DNA of 64,000 nt, taken from contig JAKPKU010000001.1 in NCBI GenBank assembly GCA_029553545.1, positions 5,639-69,638 on the forward strand, in the 5' to 3' direction. Shown here piece after piece: positions 27,675 to 37,508 of the stretch. Origin of the DNA: Candidatus Cloacimonadota bacterium (GTDB lineage: Bacteria > Cloacimonadota > Cloacimonadia > Cloacimonadales > WRIO01). Below the pieces are notes generated by a model, which was not told the origin of the DNA, ran no database searches, and worked only from the letters and a program-made list of their open reading frames with translations. Each line of letters opens with the position of its first letter. The stretch's first letter is position 1. Both the position numbers and the translations under genes were made by a program.

Positions 27675-28562
27675 GTGGAATTTTATAAAATTGAATTAGA
27701 AAAACTTGACTACTTACCCACAATGCCAAGCGTGTTAAAAAAGCTACTTGAAATACTAAATGACAATTCCGTATCCAATAAGGAAATAGCAAAAATAGTG
27801 TCATTAGACTCATCGATATCAGCAAAGATATTATCTATAGCAAATAGTGCTATATTTGGTGGGTATTCACCAATAAATGACTTAAATTTGGCAATTACAA
27901 GATTGGGTAGAGTTGATGTTAAGACTATTGCTATGACGCTTTTTATTTCTACCATGCTTAAAAAATTTAAGTTAAAAAATATCGTTATTGAGAACTTCTG
28001 GAGACATAATCTTGCTGTGTCATTTATTGCCAGAAGAATTGCACAGTATTTAAAGAAAGATGTTGATTTTACAGAAGAAGAGCGTGTTGTATTATATTTA
28101 ACAGGCTTGTTCCATGATATTGGTTATATATTGTTTGACCAAGTCAATCCTGATATAATGCTACTTATAAAAAATCAAGCAATAGAGCAAGATGAACCTT
28201 TTATCGAATTGGAAAGAATCATCGTACATACTACTCATGCGCAAGAAGGTGCAGAACTTTTAAAATACTGGAATTTGCCAAAAGAGATAACAGATACAGT
28301 TCGCTATCATCATGAGCCATACGCTGCAACAGATAAGAGTATTCAAAAATGTGCAAAGATTATTAATATGGCAGACTACTTAGCTAATCTCTTTGAAATG
28401 TCTACATTTAAGGAAGTTAGATATGGTGTTGCCTTTGAGAATTTGTGGAATGAATTTGAGTTTTCTTCTTATACCAAGGAAGAGTTTACAGAATTTAAAA
28501 ATGAACTGGCAAGTCAAACAAACTTGTTCATTTCTTTCTCAGAGCTCGCTTTAAACATATAA
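27675..28562 (+). CDS. HDOD domain signalling protein
   Basis: LPTMPSVLKKLLEIL...ISAKILSIANSAIFG and later GLFHDIGYILF match the HDOD family pattern. The start codon is GTG. Confidence 0.75.
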   Translation: MEFYKIELEKLDYLPTMPSVLKKLLEILNDNSVSNKEIAKIVSLDSSISAKILSIANSAIFGGYSPINDLNLAITRLGRVDVKTIAMTLFISTMLKKFKLKNIVIENFWRHNLAVSFIARRIAQYLKKDVDFTEEERVVLYLTGLFHDIGYILFDQVNPDIMLLIKNQAIEQDEPFIELERIIVHTTHAQEGAELLKYWNLPKEITDTVRYHHEPYAATDKSIQKCAKIINMADYLANLFEMSTFKEVRYGVAFENLWNEFEFSSYTKEEFTEFKNELASQTNLFISFSELALNI

Positions 28563-28563
28563 A

Positions 28564-29109
28564 ATGAGAGTTATCGCAGGGATATACAAAGGTAGAGAAC
28601 TATCTACTATAAAAGGAGATGCAACACGACCTACTACCAGTTTTAATAGAGAGCTGATTTTTTCTACCTTGTATGATGTGGAGGATTTGTCTGTATTAGA
28701 TTTGTATGCTGGCAGTGGTGCATTAGCTTTTGAAGCTTTGTCACGAGGGGCTAATGATGCATGTTTGGTTGACATGAGTGACAAAGCCTTAACTGTTATT
28801 TTACAAAATGCAAATCGTCTTAATTGCAAAGATAAAATCATTGTCCAAAAGATGAAGGTAGAACTATTCTTAAAAAAGACAGAAAGACAGTTTGACCTTA
28901 TACTTGCTGACCCTCCTTTCAATAAGAATTGTGTTAATGCAATCTTGGAATTAATCTTTGAAAGAAATGTAATTGCAGAAGACGGTATGCTTGTTTTGGA
29001 GCACAGTTGTAATGAATTAATTGATCAAAAATTCATGCCATATATTGAAAAACAAAAAGTAAATGGAAATATCACAATTAGCTTTTTTAGCAAAAGCAAT
29101 AATACATAG
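28564..29109 (+). CDS. rsmD: 16S rRNA (guanine966-N2)-methyltransferase RsmD
   Basis: MRVIAGIYKGREL...RPTTSFNRE...LDLYAGSGALAFEALSRGA...ADPPF. Confidence 0.85.
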   Translation: MRVIAGIYKGRELSTIKGDATRPTTSFNRELIFSTLYDVEDLSVLDLYAGSGALAFEALSRGANDACLVDMSDKALTVILQNANRLNCKDKIIVQKMKVELFLKKTERQFDLILADPPFNKNCVNAILELIFERNVIAEDGMLVLEHSCNELIDQKFMPYIEKQKVNGNITISFFSKSNNT

Positions 29110-29127
29110 AAAGCCATTATAGGAGCG

Positions 29128-30519
29128 ATGATGAGAGTTTATAATACAATGACAAGAAAAAAAGATGAGTTTGTCCCTGTGAATGCAGGTAAAATAAATA
29201 TGTATGCTTGTGGACCTACTGTCTATAATTATTTTCATATAGGAAATGCACGCCCATTCTTGTTTTTTGATGTTGTGCGTAGGTATTTTACTTACCTTGG
29301 GTATGATGTCACTTATGTCCAAAATATTACTGATATTGACGATAAAATCATCGAGCAAGCTAATCAGGAAGGGTCAAGCTTTGAAGATATAGCAAAGAGA
29401 TATACACAAGCTTTCTTTGATGATTTAAAGCTCCTGAATATCAATCCAGCAGACTATAACCCAAAGGCTACAGAGTACATTCAGCAAATGATTGAGTTAA
29501 TAGATATACTTGTAAAAAAGGGCAATGCTTATGAGGCTAATGGTGACGTCTATTTTGCTGTTGAATCTATACCTACTTATGGAAAATTGTCAGGCAAGAA
29601 CCTTGAAGATTTACAGGCTGGAGCACGTGTTGAAGCTAATACCCAAAAGAAAAACCCTGCAGACTTTACCCTTTGGAAAAAAGCTAAAGAGGGTGAGCCT
29701 AAATGGGATAGCCCCTGGGGTGAGGGAAGACCTGGTTGGCATACTGAGTGCGTCGTGATGTCACGCAAGATGCTTGGACAAACCTTTGATATACATGGGG
29801 GAGGGGTGGATTTAGTATTCCCACACCATGAAAATGAGCTGGCACAAGCCTATGCACTTGATGGCAGGCCTTTAGCAAATTATTGGATGCATAATGGCTT
29901 CTTGAATATTGACGGCAATAAAATGTCCAAAAGCTTGAATAACTTCTTTACCACACGTGATATAATGAAAAAATATGACCCAGAAGTAATTAGGTTTTTC
30001 TTTTTGTCAAAGCATTACCGCAGCCCTATTGACTTTAATGAAGACATTATTATTGAATCCAAAAAAGCTTTAGCAAACTTTTACTCTGTATTCAAAGAAG
30101 TCGATATCTTAAACTTAGAGCTTGATTCAATTGATAAATCTGCATTTATTAGCACTGTAGAAGCCTTTAAGGAAGCTATGGATGACGACTTCAATACAGC
30201 AAAAGCTTTGGCATCGCTATTTGACCTTGCTAAAGAAGCTAAAGCAAAGAAGAATTCAATAGAAGTTAGGCAAGCTGCTGCAGTCACTCTTTTAGAATTA
30301 GGTAAGGTTTTAGGCTTTTTCTCAAATCTTGAAAAGACCCTGGAGACCTCTGTTGACCAACATGCTGAGAAGTTAATCGAATTACTCATTTCTTATAGAT
30401 TAGATGCAAAAAAAGAGAAAAACTATGCACTCTCAGACAAGATTAGAAAAGACTTATTAGAGCTGGGTATTGAGCTCCAAGATACACCTCAAGGTACTAT
30501 TTGGAAGATAAAAGACTAA
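29128..30519 (+). CDS. cysS: cysteine--tRNA ligase
   Basis: Contains the HIGH motif (FHIGNARP), the WHTEC zinc site and KMSKS. Confidence 0.95.
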   Translation: MMRVYNTMTRKKDEFVPVNAGKINMYACGPTVYNYFHIGNARPFLFFDVVRRYFTYLGYDVTYVQNITDIDDKIIEQANQEGSSFEDIAKRYTQAFFDDLKLLNINPADYNPKATEYIQQMIELIDILVKKGNAYEANGDVYFAVESIPTYGKLSGKNLEDLQAGARVEANTQKKNPADFTLWKKAKEGEPKWDSPWGEGRPGWHTECVVMSRKMLGQTFDIHGGGVDLVFPHHENELAQAYALDGRPLANYWMHNGFLNIDGNKMSKSLNNFFTTRDIMKKYDPEVIRFFFLSKHYRSPIDFNEDIIIESKKALANFYSVFKEVDILNLELDSIDKSAFISTVEAFKEAMDDDFNTAKALASLFDLAKEAKAKKNSIEVRQAAAVTLLELGKVLGFFSNLEKTLETSVDQHAEKLIELLISYRLDAKKEKNYALSDKIRKDLLELGIELQDTPQGTIWKIKD

Positions 30520-30534
30520 TAAGTGAGTGATTAA

Positions 30535-31512
30535 TTGTTATATATTTTTTTAGCAATACTCGGTGGTTTAGCGATAGGCACAGTTTTAAAAAGAGTGAAT
30601 TTTATCTTTTTCATATCAAATATCTTTGCTTCTATCTCTGTTTATTTTTTACTTTTCTTTTTAGGTATGTCAACCGCTCATAAAAAAGATCTTTTTACAA
30701 ACTTCAAAGAGCTTGGTGCTGAGTCGATTATCCTCTGCTTAGCTGGTATGCTTGGAAGTGTGCTTGCACTAATCCCACTGAATAAATATTTAACAAAAAA
30801 CAAAAAAATACTATGGTCGCACCTTGAATTAAAGAGTAATGCTAATCCAAGCGAACAGGTCCAACAACATAATATTAGCGTCGAAGATCAATCTCAAAGT
30901 ACTGCGAAAGAAAAGAACATGACACTTGAGATGATACTGCCTTTATTGAGCTTTTTAATAGGGTTTTTTGTGACTATATTATGGTTGGGCGATAAATGTA
31001 CTTGGAGCAGTTTTGCTGCTGATATTTCTCTTTATTTGCTCGTATTCTTCATAGGTATTGGGATAGGGAAGATAAATATCATCGCATTAATAAAGAGATA
31101 CCATGCTTTTGCTATTCTCATACCTCTGACTGCTATGTTGGGATCAATGTTGATGGGGTTAATTATAGGCTTGATTATCAATAAAATTGATATTAGACAG
31201 GCTATTACAATATGCTCAGGGATGGGATATTACAGCCTATCAGCAATGGTATGTAGCCAGAAGTTTGGAGAGGTTGTCGGAGTCATAGCACTCTTATCAA
31301 ATCTATTAAGAGAATTGCTAACTATGATGTTTGCACCTCTCTTGGTCAAGGCTTTTGGCAATCTTGCACCTATCGGTACAGGGGGTGCTACAGCAATGGA
31401 TACGACCTTGCCCTTTATCAAAAAGAGTGCTGGTTCAGAATATGCTATTATCGGCTTTATCAGTGGTGTTGTTTTGACTGTTTTAGTGCCTATTGTAGGA
31501 GTTTTGCTATAG
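30535..31512 (+). CDS. LysO/DUF340-family membrane protein (putative lysine exporter)
   Basis: Polytopic membrane protein with two DUF340-like halves separated by a hydrophilic linker. The start codon is TTG. Confidence 0.5.
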   Translation: MLYIFLAILGGLAIGTVLKRVNFIFFISNIFASISVYFLLFFLGMSTAHKKDLFTNFKELGAESIILCLAGMLGSVLALIPLNKYLTKNKKILWSHLELKSNANPSEQVQQHNISVEDQSQSTAKEKNMTLEMILPLLSFLIGFFVTILWLGDKCTWSSFAADISLYLLVFFIGIGIGKINIIALIKRYHAFAILIPLTAMLGSMLMGLIIGLIINKIDIRQAITICSGMGYYSLSAMVCSQKFGEVVGVIALLSNLLRELLTMMFAPLLVKAFGNLAPIGTGGATAMDTTLPFIKKSAGSEYAIIGFISGVVLTVLVPIVGVLL

Positions 31513-31534
31513 TAATAATAGTGATAATAAGCTG

Positions 31535-32572
31535 TTAGTAGGGCTTAATTCTGGTCATTTGTTTTATGGTATCCAGATCAAGATATTTCCAAATTGAGGC
31601 GCCTGGTGTGTAACAAGTGTTCCAGCAACCCCTACATTCTTTTATCTCTTGTTTTCTCTCTTTCCATGCCTGGCTGCTGAATATCTCTTTGGCTGTCTGC
31701 TTTGCTAAGTTGCCAATGGGGTCACCGATGCATACTTTCACATCGCCATTGGGTTGGATAAAGAACTTGCTCCCTAAAACAGGGGAGTTGATGTAAGGGC
31801 AGATCTTTTTATAATTATTATTAAGATAGTCTTCATATCCTTTGTACAGCCAGATTGGCGTTTTCAGATAGGGTGACTTGATGATTCTTTTGATGATTTT
31901 ACTCAGCATCTCATTCTCAGTAACTTTCATGTCATCATTTTCACGGTGTGCCTTTGAAGTAAAGCGATAGATATCGATATTGAAGTTCCAACCGATAGAT
32001 TCAATATAGTCAAGAATATCAGGTATTTGTGCAAGATTCTTTTGAGAAATAACGATGTTTACTGATGTTTTAATAGGATTAGAGATCCTTTTGTTTTCAT
32101 CAATTATTTTTTGCATATTCTTCTGAACAGTATCCGAGACATTTTCTGCTTGCCTGATTTCATCAACAGTGCTGCCAAAGCCATCGAACGAACATGAAAT
32201 GGAGAGCTTGTGTCTAAACACAGTTTCGATAGTTTTATCGACTAATTCTTCTGGTCCATATAGAGTTGATAGCAAATGTACCCTTTTAAATTGTTTACTC
32301 TTGGCGTACTTAGCAAAGTCGTCAAGTTGTGGATGAAGCATTGGCTCCCCACCAGATAGAGTAATTCCTTGCGCTCCAGAGTTATCCAAACGATCAATCA
32401 CAGTATTAAAAACATCTTCGGTCATAAATGGTATCTCAGACTTCATAAAAGGAATATTACACTGCAAGCATCTTTGTGTACAGTGATAAGTAAGTAGTAT
32501 ATTATTCATGGTAAAGCTGGGGGTCCGTGTTGCAATGTTTTTAAGAATCTGTATATTTCTTTTTTTTATCAT
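31535..32572 (-). CDS. radical SAM protein with C-terminal SPASM/twitch-like Cys motif
   Basis: CTQRCLQC (CxxxCxxC), the GGEP motif (LSGGEPMLHP) and C-terminal cysteines CPYIN...VKVCIGD...CRGCWNTC. Confidence 0.75.
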   Translation of the reverse strand: MIKKRNIQILKNIATRTPSFTMNNILLTYHCTQRCLQCNIPFMKSEIPFMTEDVFNTVIDRLDNSGAQGITLSGGEPMLHPQLDDFAKYAKSKQFKRVHLLSTLYGPEELVDKTIETVFRHKLSISCSFDGFGSTVDEIRQAENVSDTVQKNMQKIIDENKRISNPIKTSVNIVISQKNLAQIPDILDYIESIGWNFNIDIYRFTSKAHRENDDMKVTENEMLSKIIKRIIKSPYLKTPIWLYKGYEDYLNNNYKKICPYINSPVLGSKFFIQPNGDVKVCIGDPIGNLAKQTAKEIFSSQAWKERKQEIKECRGCWNTCYTPGASIWKYLDLDTIKQMTRIKPY

Positions 32573-32624
32573 AGCATATCCTAATAGTTTTTTACTAAGC
32601 TTATACGAACCACTTTTAAGTCAA

Positions 32625-32866
32625 GAAAAAATTGCAGTATTCAAATAATACTTAACTAAAATAAAGTTGATTCCTGTTTTTTCTTTCTTTTTACTAATTT
32701 TTTAGATGAATATTGTATATGATTATTTAACAATAATATGTCTATGACATTCCCTTTACATTCCCCTTGCTATCTTGGAGAATGAAAGGTAGTTTTATAG
32801 GAATCTAAAGGGAATATAAAGAAGATCAATTGCTGATTTTTAAGAGTTGGGAAAGATCAGTCTTGT
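32625..32866 (+). repeat. conserved intergenic element, copy 3 (between the divergent radical SAM gene and trmB; co-oriented with trmB)
   Basis: Core at 32759-32788. Direct repeats TATATGATTAT (32716-32726) and AATATGTCTAT (32735-32745). The 5' arm is shorter than in the other copies. Confidence 0.8.
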
Positions 32867-33046
32867 AACCTATAGTTTTTTATTAATAATGATAGTTTAA
32901 TTAATCGTATGGAGATAATGCTACAGCCTTTTCTAATAAGTTTGTTATCATTCTTTAGACTAATATTCAAAAAAAAGATCGTTCTTTTTACTTTTTGTTT
33001 GACATATTTTGATTAATACAAGAAATGGGTTATAAAAGGAATTATT

Positions 33047-33694
33047 ATGGAAATAAATGAAAAAATAGAGTATTTTGTAATTGAGAAAAAAGATAATGAG
33101 GTACTAAACTTTGAAAAAATCTTTAACAATAATAACCCTATACACATTGAAATAGGTAGCGGAAAGGGTGAATTGTTGCAATTACAGTCATTTTTTCATA
33201 AAAATATTAACTATATTGGAGTGGAAGTAAAGTCAAAACGCATAATGAATACAGTAAAAAAGCTTGATATAAAAATCAATAAGAATGTAAGGTTATTGAA
33301 TCTTTTTATCGATGAAAACATCAACAAGTGGGTTAAGCCTCAAACAATTAGTGAAATTATAATATTTCACCCCGATCCTTGGCCCAAAAGAAAACACCAT
33401 AGCCGTCGATTAATTCAGCATGATTTTATAAACAGCTTATCATATTTACTTAAAGATAATGGCTTTTTGAAACTGTCAACCGACCATACTGATTATGCTA
33501 ATTGGATAATAAAGCACTTTCAAGAACGTGACGACTTTGAACCTATCTTTGAGAATGATAGCCAATATATCTTTCCTGAAGATCACTTTACAACCTATTT
33601 TGATGAACTAAAAGAGAGTGAAGGATTCCCACCGCAATTCTTATATTATCGAAAGATAAAGAGTCTCTCAGAAAGAAAAGTTGCAAATGTTTGA
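33047..33694 (+). CDS. trmB: tRNA (guanine46-N7)-methyltransferase
   Basis: IEIGSGKGE SAM motif and FHPDPWPKRKHHSRRL, which is diagnostic of TrmB. Confidence 0.9.
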   Translation: MEINEKIEYFVIEKKDNEVLNFEKIFNNNNPIHIEIGSGKGELLQLQSFFHKNINYIGVEVKSKRIMNTVKKLDIKINKNVRLLNLFIDENINKWVKPQTISEIIIFHPDPWPKRKHHSRRLIQHDFINSLSYLLKDNGFLKLSTDHTDYANWIIKHFQERDDFEPIFENDSQYIFPEDHFTTYFDELKESEGFPPQFLYYRKIKSLSERKVANV

Positions 33695-34841
33695 CCAATC
33701 AAGATTGAAAGATATCTACGAAATAATAAATAATAGTCGCTATAATTATTCTGACTATGCTTTTAGAGACGAAAATGCTTGGCGCACATATCCTGAAGAA
33801 AAACAACACTTGCGCACGCCGTTTGCCGTTGACCGTGATAGAATCTTATACAGTGGGGCTTATCGTAGATATCATGGCAAAACACAGGTCTTTTCATTTT
33901 CTAATTTTATCGATGAAGAAATGACAAATAGAAATCTTCATACGACATATGTTTCGCAAATATCCAGAACAATAAGTAAAGCCTTGGGGCTTAATCTTGA
34001 GCTCACAGAAGCTATAGCACTTGGGCATGATTTAGGGCATTCTCCTTTTGGGCATGATGGTGAGCGTGCACTTAGCCAGCTATGCGAATCACACGGCATT
34101 GGGCAATTTCATCATAATGTTGAAAGTCTTCATATAGTCGATCATATCTCGCGTAGAGGGCACGGTTTAAATCTGACTTTTCAGACCAGAGATGGTATTA
34201 TATCACATGATGGCGAAGTTCACAATACACAATTACAACCCCATTTAAATAAAACTCAAGAAGATATTACTGACTATATTCTGAAAAAAACTGCTGGAGA
34301 AAAGTGTCATACTATGCCAGCAACAATGGAAGCTTGCGTTGTTCGAGTGACTGATACAATAGCATATATTGGACAAGATATCGAAGATGCAATTAGGCTT
34401 AATATTTTGAAAAGAAATGAATTACCAAGTGATTGTGCCACGTATTTAGGAGATAATAATAGCAAGATAATTGATACGCTTGTTAAAAGTGTTATTTTAA
34501 ATAGTTATGAGAAACCTTACATAAGTTTTGATGCTGAAACATCTGACTACTTATTTAAGTTGAAACAGTTTAATTACCAAAGAATATATCTAAATGAAGA
34601 GATAAAAAAAGCAAACAGAATTATCAAAAGAAGTATGGAAATCCTGTTTGAGAAGTACTTAGAAGATATTGCCAACAATGACACAGAATCAAAAATATTC
34701 AAACACTTTCTTTCGTATAAGAATAGTGATTATTTGGAATCATACTCTGAAGCAGAAAAAGTGCGCGACTTCATTGCAACAATGACCGACAGGTATTTTA
34801 ATGAAGAAGTTAAAGACTACCTATTACCTTGGAAACTATAA
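33681..34841 (+). CDS. dgt: dGTPase-like HD-domain triphosphohydrolase
   Basis: RTPFAVDRDRILYSGAYRRYHGKTQVF and LGHDLGHSPFGHDGE motifs of the Dgt family. Confidence 0.8.
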   Translation: MQMFDQSRLKDIYEIINNSRYNYSDYAFRDENAWRTYPEEKQHLRTPFAVDRDRILYSGAYRRYHGKTQVFSFSNFIDEEMTNRNLHTTYVSQISRTISKALGLNLELTEAIALGHDLGHSPFGHDGERALSQLCESHGIGQFHHNVESLHIVDHISRRGHGLNLTFQTRDGIISHDGEVHNTQLQPHLNKTQEDITDYILKKTAGEKCHTMPATMEACVVRVTDTIAYIGQDIEDAIRLNILKRNELPSDCATYLGDNNSKIIDTLVKSVILNSYEKPYISFDAETSDYLFKLKQFNYQRIYLNEEIKKANRIIKRSMEILFEKYLEDIANNDTESKIFKHFLSYKNSDYLESYSEAEKVRDFIATMTDRYFNEEVKDYLLPWKL

Positions 34842-34854
34842 TTATGGAGGATAA

Positions 34855-35959
34855 ATGGATTTACAAGACTATATAAAAACATATGAAGATATATTAGATA
34901 GAATAAAAGACCTGTGGAGTTTTCTTTGACAAAGATAAACTTGCTAAAGAGCTGGAAGCCCTTGAAAGCCAAATGCATAGTGCCGACTTTTGGAATAATC
35001 AATCTAATGCGAAAAGAGTTACTCAACAAGTATCTATTTTAAAAGATGATCTTGAAGATAATAAAAAACTATATTCCATTGCAGAAGAGTTGACCACATA
35101 TGTGGATATCTTACAAGATGAGTGGAATAATGAGCTATTTAATGAAGCAGTAAGCTTCTTGCATGATGCAGTTGAATTTGTCGAGAAGCTTGAAGTAAAG
35201 CTCTTATTAAATGGAAAATACGATATGAATAATGCCATTTTAACAATTCATCCAGGCGCTGGCGGTACTGAATCACAGGACTGGGCAGAAATGCTTTTGA
35301 GAATGTTTAAACGCTGGGCAGAAAGGTCAAAATATGGGTTTAATATCGTTGACTTTCAGGCAGGTGATGAGGCAGGGGTAAAGAGTGCAACTGTTGAGAT
35401 TACTGGCGAGTTTGCTTATGGGTATTTAAAGGGCGAAGCAGGAGTTCATCGTTTGGTCAGGATTTCCCCTTTCAATGCACAAGGTAAAAGGCAAACATCT
35501 TTCACTTCTATCTATGTTTATCCTATGATAGATGACGATATTGAAGTTGAAATAAATCCTTCAGATCTTAAGGTGGACACATATCGCGCAAGCGGTGCAG
35601 GTGGACAACACGTAAACACAACAGATTCTGCTGTCAGAATAACACATATACCAACCAATATTATTGTTCAGTGCCAAAATGAACGTTCACAAATACAAAA
35701 CAGAGAAAAAGCAATGCAAATGCTTAAATCAAGACTCTTTCAACTTTATGAACAAGAAAGAGAAAAAGAAAGACAGAAAACTGAGTCATCCAAGACTGAG
35801 ATTGGCTGGGGTAATCAAATTCGCTCTTATGTCTTTGCTCCATATCAAATGGTCAAAGATCATAGAACCAACTATGAAACAGGAAATATTAGCCCCGTAA
35901 TGGATGGGGAAATAGATGAATTTATTAATGCTTTTTTAAAGTGGAATGCAGATAAATAG
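34855..35959 (+). CDS. prfB: peptide chain release factor 2, expressed through a programmed +1 frameshift
   Basis: Frame 0 (34855-34926) encodes MDLQDYIKTYEDILDRIKDLWSFL and ends at CTT TGA C. Skipping T34927 joins the frame of the ORF 34973..35959, which carries the SPF and GGQ (SGAGGQHVNTTDSAVR) motifs. Confidence 0.9.
34916..34930 (+). promoter_or_regulatory. RF2 autoregulatory +1 frameshift site
   Basis: GGAG (SD-like), TTTT, then CTT TGA C. This is the same architecture as the canonical prfB shift site (SD-like element, CUU UGA C). Confidence 0.85.
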
Positions 35960-35972
35960 ATGGATTGCAGTT

Positions 35973-36707
35973 ATGAATTATAAAGATTTAATAAAACAAC
36001 TTGATAAGAATTTACCCGATCATATTGGTGTTATTATGGACGGTAATGGTAGATGGGCAAAGAAACAGGGTGCAGGACGTCTGTGGGGACATAAAAACGG
36101 GGTAGAATCTGTCAGAGCATTAGTAGAAGCCTCTGTAGAAATTGGTCTAAAATACTTGACAATTTATGCCTTTTCAACAGAGAATTGGACAAGACCTGAT
36201 GATGAGGTAAAAGGGCTATTAAAACTTATATTAGATTCATTAATTAATGAAATTGACTCTATGAGTAAACAAAACATTGTCGTCAGATTTTTGGGTACAG
36301 ATATCGGTCTATCAAAAGAATATCAAAGTAAAATTAATAAAGAATGTCAAAAAACATATAATAACAATGGTTTAAACTTTAATATCGCTTTTAATTATGG
36401 GGGTAGGCTGGAATTGATTGAAGGTATTAGAAGCATTGCAACAAAGATCCAGAATAATACATTAACCATTAATCAAATCAATGAAGAGACTATTTCACAA
36501 GAACTTTATACTGCAAACATGCCAGATCCTGATCTGATTATTCGTACGAGTGGAGAAAAAAGACTATCAAATTTCTTAATATGGCAATCTGCTTATGCAG
36601 AGTTTTATTTTACAGACACGCTTTGGCCTGATTTTCGTAAAAGCGAATTTATCGAGGCAATTTTGGATTATCAAAAAAGACAGAGACGTTATGGAGGGAC
36701 AAAATGA
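35973..36707 (+). CDS. uppS: undecaprenyl diphosphate synthase (cis-prenyltransferase)
   Basis: HIGVIMDGNGRWAKKQG and RTSGEKRLSNFLIWQSAYAEFYF. The ATG at 35973 lies just after the prfB stop; the track start 35946 would overlap prfB. Confidence 0.9.
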   Translation: MNYKDLIKQLDKNLPDHIGVIMDGNGRWAKKQGAGRLWGHKNGVESVRALVEASVEIGLKYLTIYAFSTENWTRPDDEVKGLLKLILDSLINEIDSMSKQNIVVRFLGTDIGLSKEYQSKINKECQKTYNNNGLNFNIAFNYGGRLELIEGIRSIATKIQNNTLTINQINEETISQELYTANMPDPDLIIRTSGEKRLSNFLIWQSAYAEFYFTDTLWPDFRKSEFIEAILDYQKRQRRYGGTK

Positions 36708-37495
36708 TTGAGCTAATAAAGAGGGTTTTAATATCAGTCATAGCTATACCACTATTGTTATTTATCTATTATTACGGTCAGATTCCACTAATCATATTTC
36801 TTATTCTTTTGAGCTTAATTAGCTCTTATGAGTTGTCTAAAATGTTAAAAAATAAGTCACTCTATCTTATGGCTTCAGTTATACCTTTCACTGCACTAAT
36901 GTGCTATATGTCTGCAAAATATGACTTGGAATACTCGCTCTACTTATTGTTTTTTGCATTAGCTTTATTTGGTGCAGAAGAAATATTTAGAAATAGAATA
37001 GAAAATGCCATCTATAGAGTAAGCTCTTCTTTAATGATAATGGTTTACTGCGGGGTAAGCCTGGGCTTTGTATATCGCCTTCATGGCTTAAAAAACGGTA
37101 ATTACTTGCTACCATTCATAGCAATCCTCATTTGGATAACAGATACATTTGCTTACTTTATTGGAGTATGGTTAGGTAGACATCGTAATATCTTTAATGT
37201 TAGCCCCAAAAAGTCAATTGAAGGATTTATTGGTGGTTTTGTCTTTGCTGTTTTGTTTGCTATAATTGCTCATTTCATTGTTCCAAACAAAATAAGCCTA
37301 TTTTGGGCTCTTCTCATGGGTATTGTTATAGGTACAATTGGGCAGTTTGGAGACCTATTTGAATCACTGCTCAAGCGTGACTGTGGGGTAAAAGATAGCT
37401 CAAACCTAATACCAGGACATGGAGGTATTTTAGATAGGTTTGATAGCTTTATGATAGCTGTTCCCGTTATTTATATCCTTTACAGTGTATTATAG
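36704..37495 (+). CDS. cdsA: phosphatidate cytidylyltransferase (CDP-diglyceride synthase)
   Basis: Polytopic membrane protein with the C-terminal signature SLLKRDCGVKDSSNLIPGHGGILDRFDS. Confidence 0.9.
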   Translation: MIELIKRVLISVIAIPLLLFIYYYGQIPLIIFLILLSLISSYELSKMLKNKSLYLMASVIPFTALMCYMSAKYDLEYSLYLLFFALALFGAEEIFRNRIENAIYRVSSSLMIMVYCGVSLGFVYRLHGLKNGNYLLPFIAILIWITDTFAYFIGVWLGRHRNIFNVSPKKSIEGFIGGFVFAVLFAIIAHFIVPNKISLFWALLMGIVIGTIGQFGDLFESLLKRDCGVKDSSNLIPGHGGILDRFDSFMIAVPVIYILYSVL

Positions 37496-37508
37496 GAGTA
37501 TTATTTTA

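Noticed and set aside
32999-33004. Calling the TTGACA boxes downstream of element copies 2-4 firm sigma70 promoters.
   Set aside because: Only the potA box (and, more weakly, the copy-4 box with TATTCT at 16 nt) has an acceptable -10 at 16-18 nt spacing. For 22361 and 32999 I could not find a convincing -10. I therefore report only the recurring TTGACA position, not promoters.
34817-35029. A 70-aa minus-strand ORF overlapping the dgt end and the prfB leader.
   Set aside because: The region is explained by the prfB frame-0 leader and frameshift site on the plus strand. The minus ORF has no motif or RBS support.
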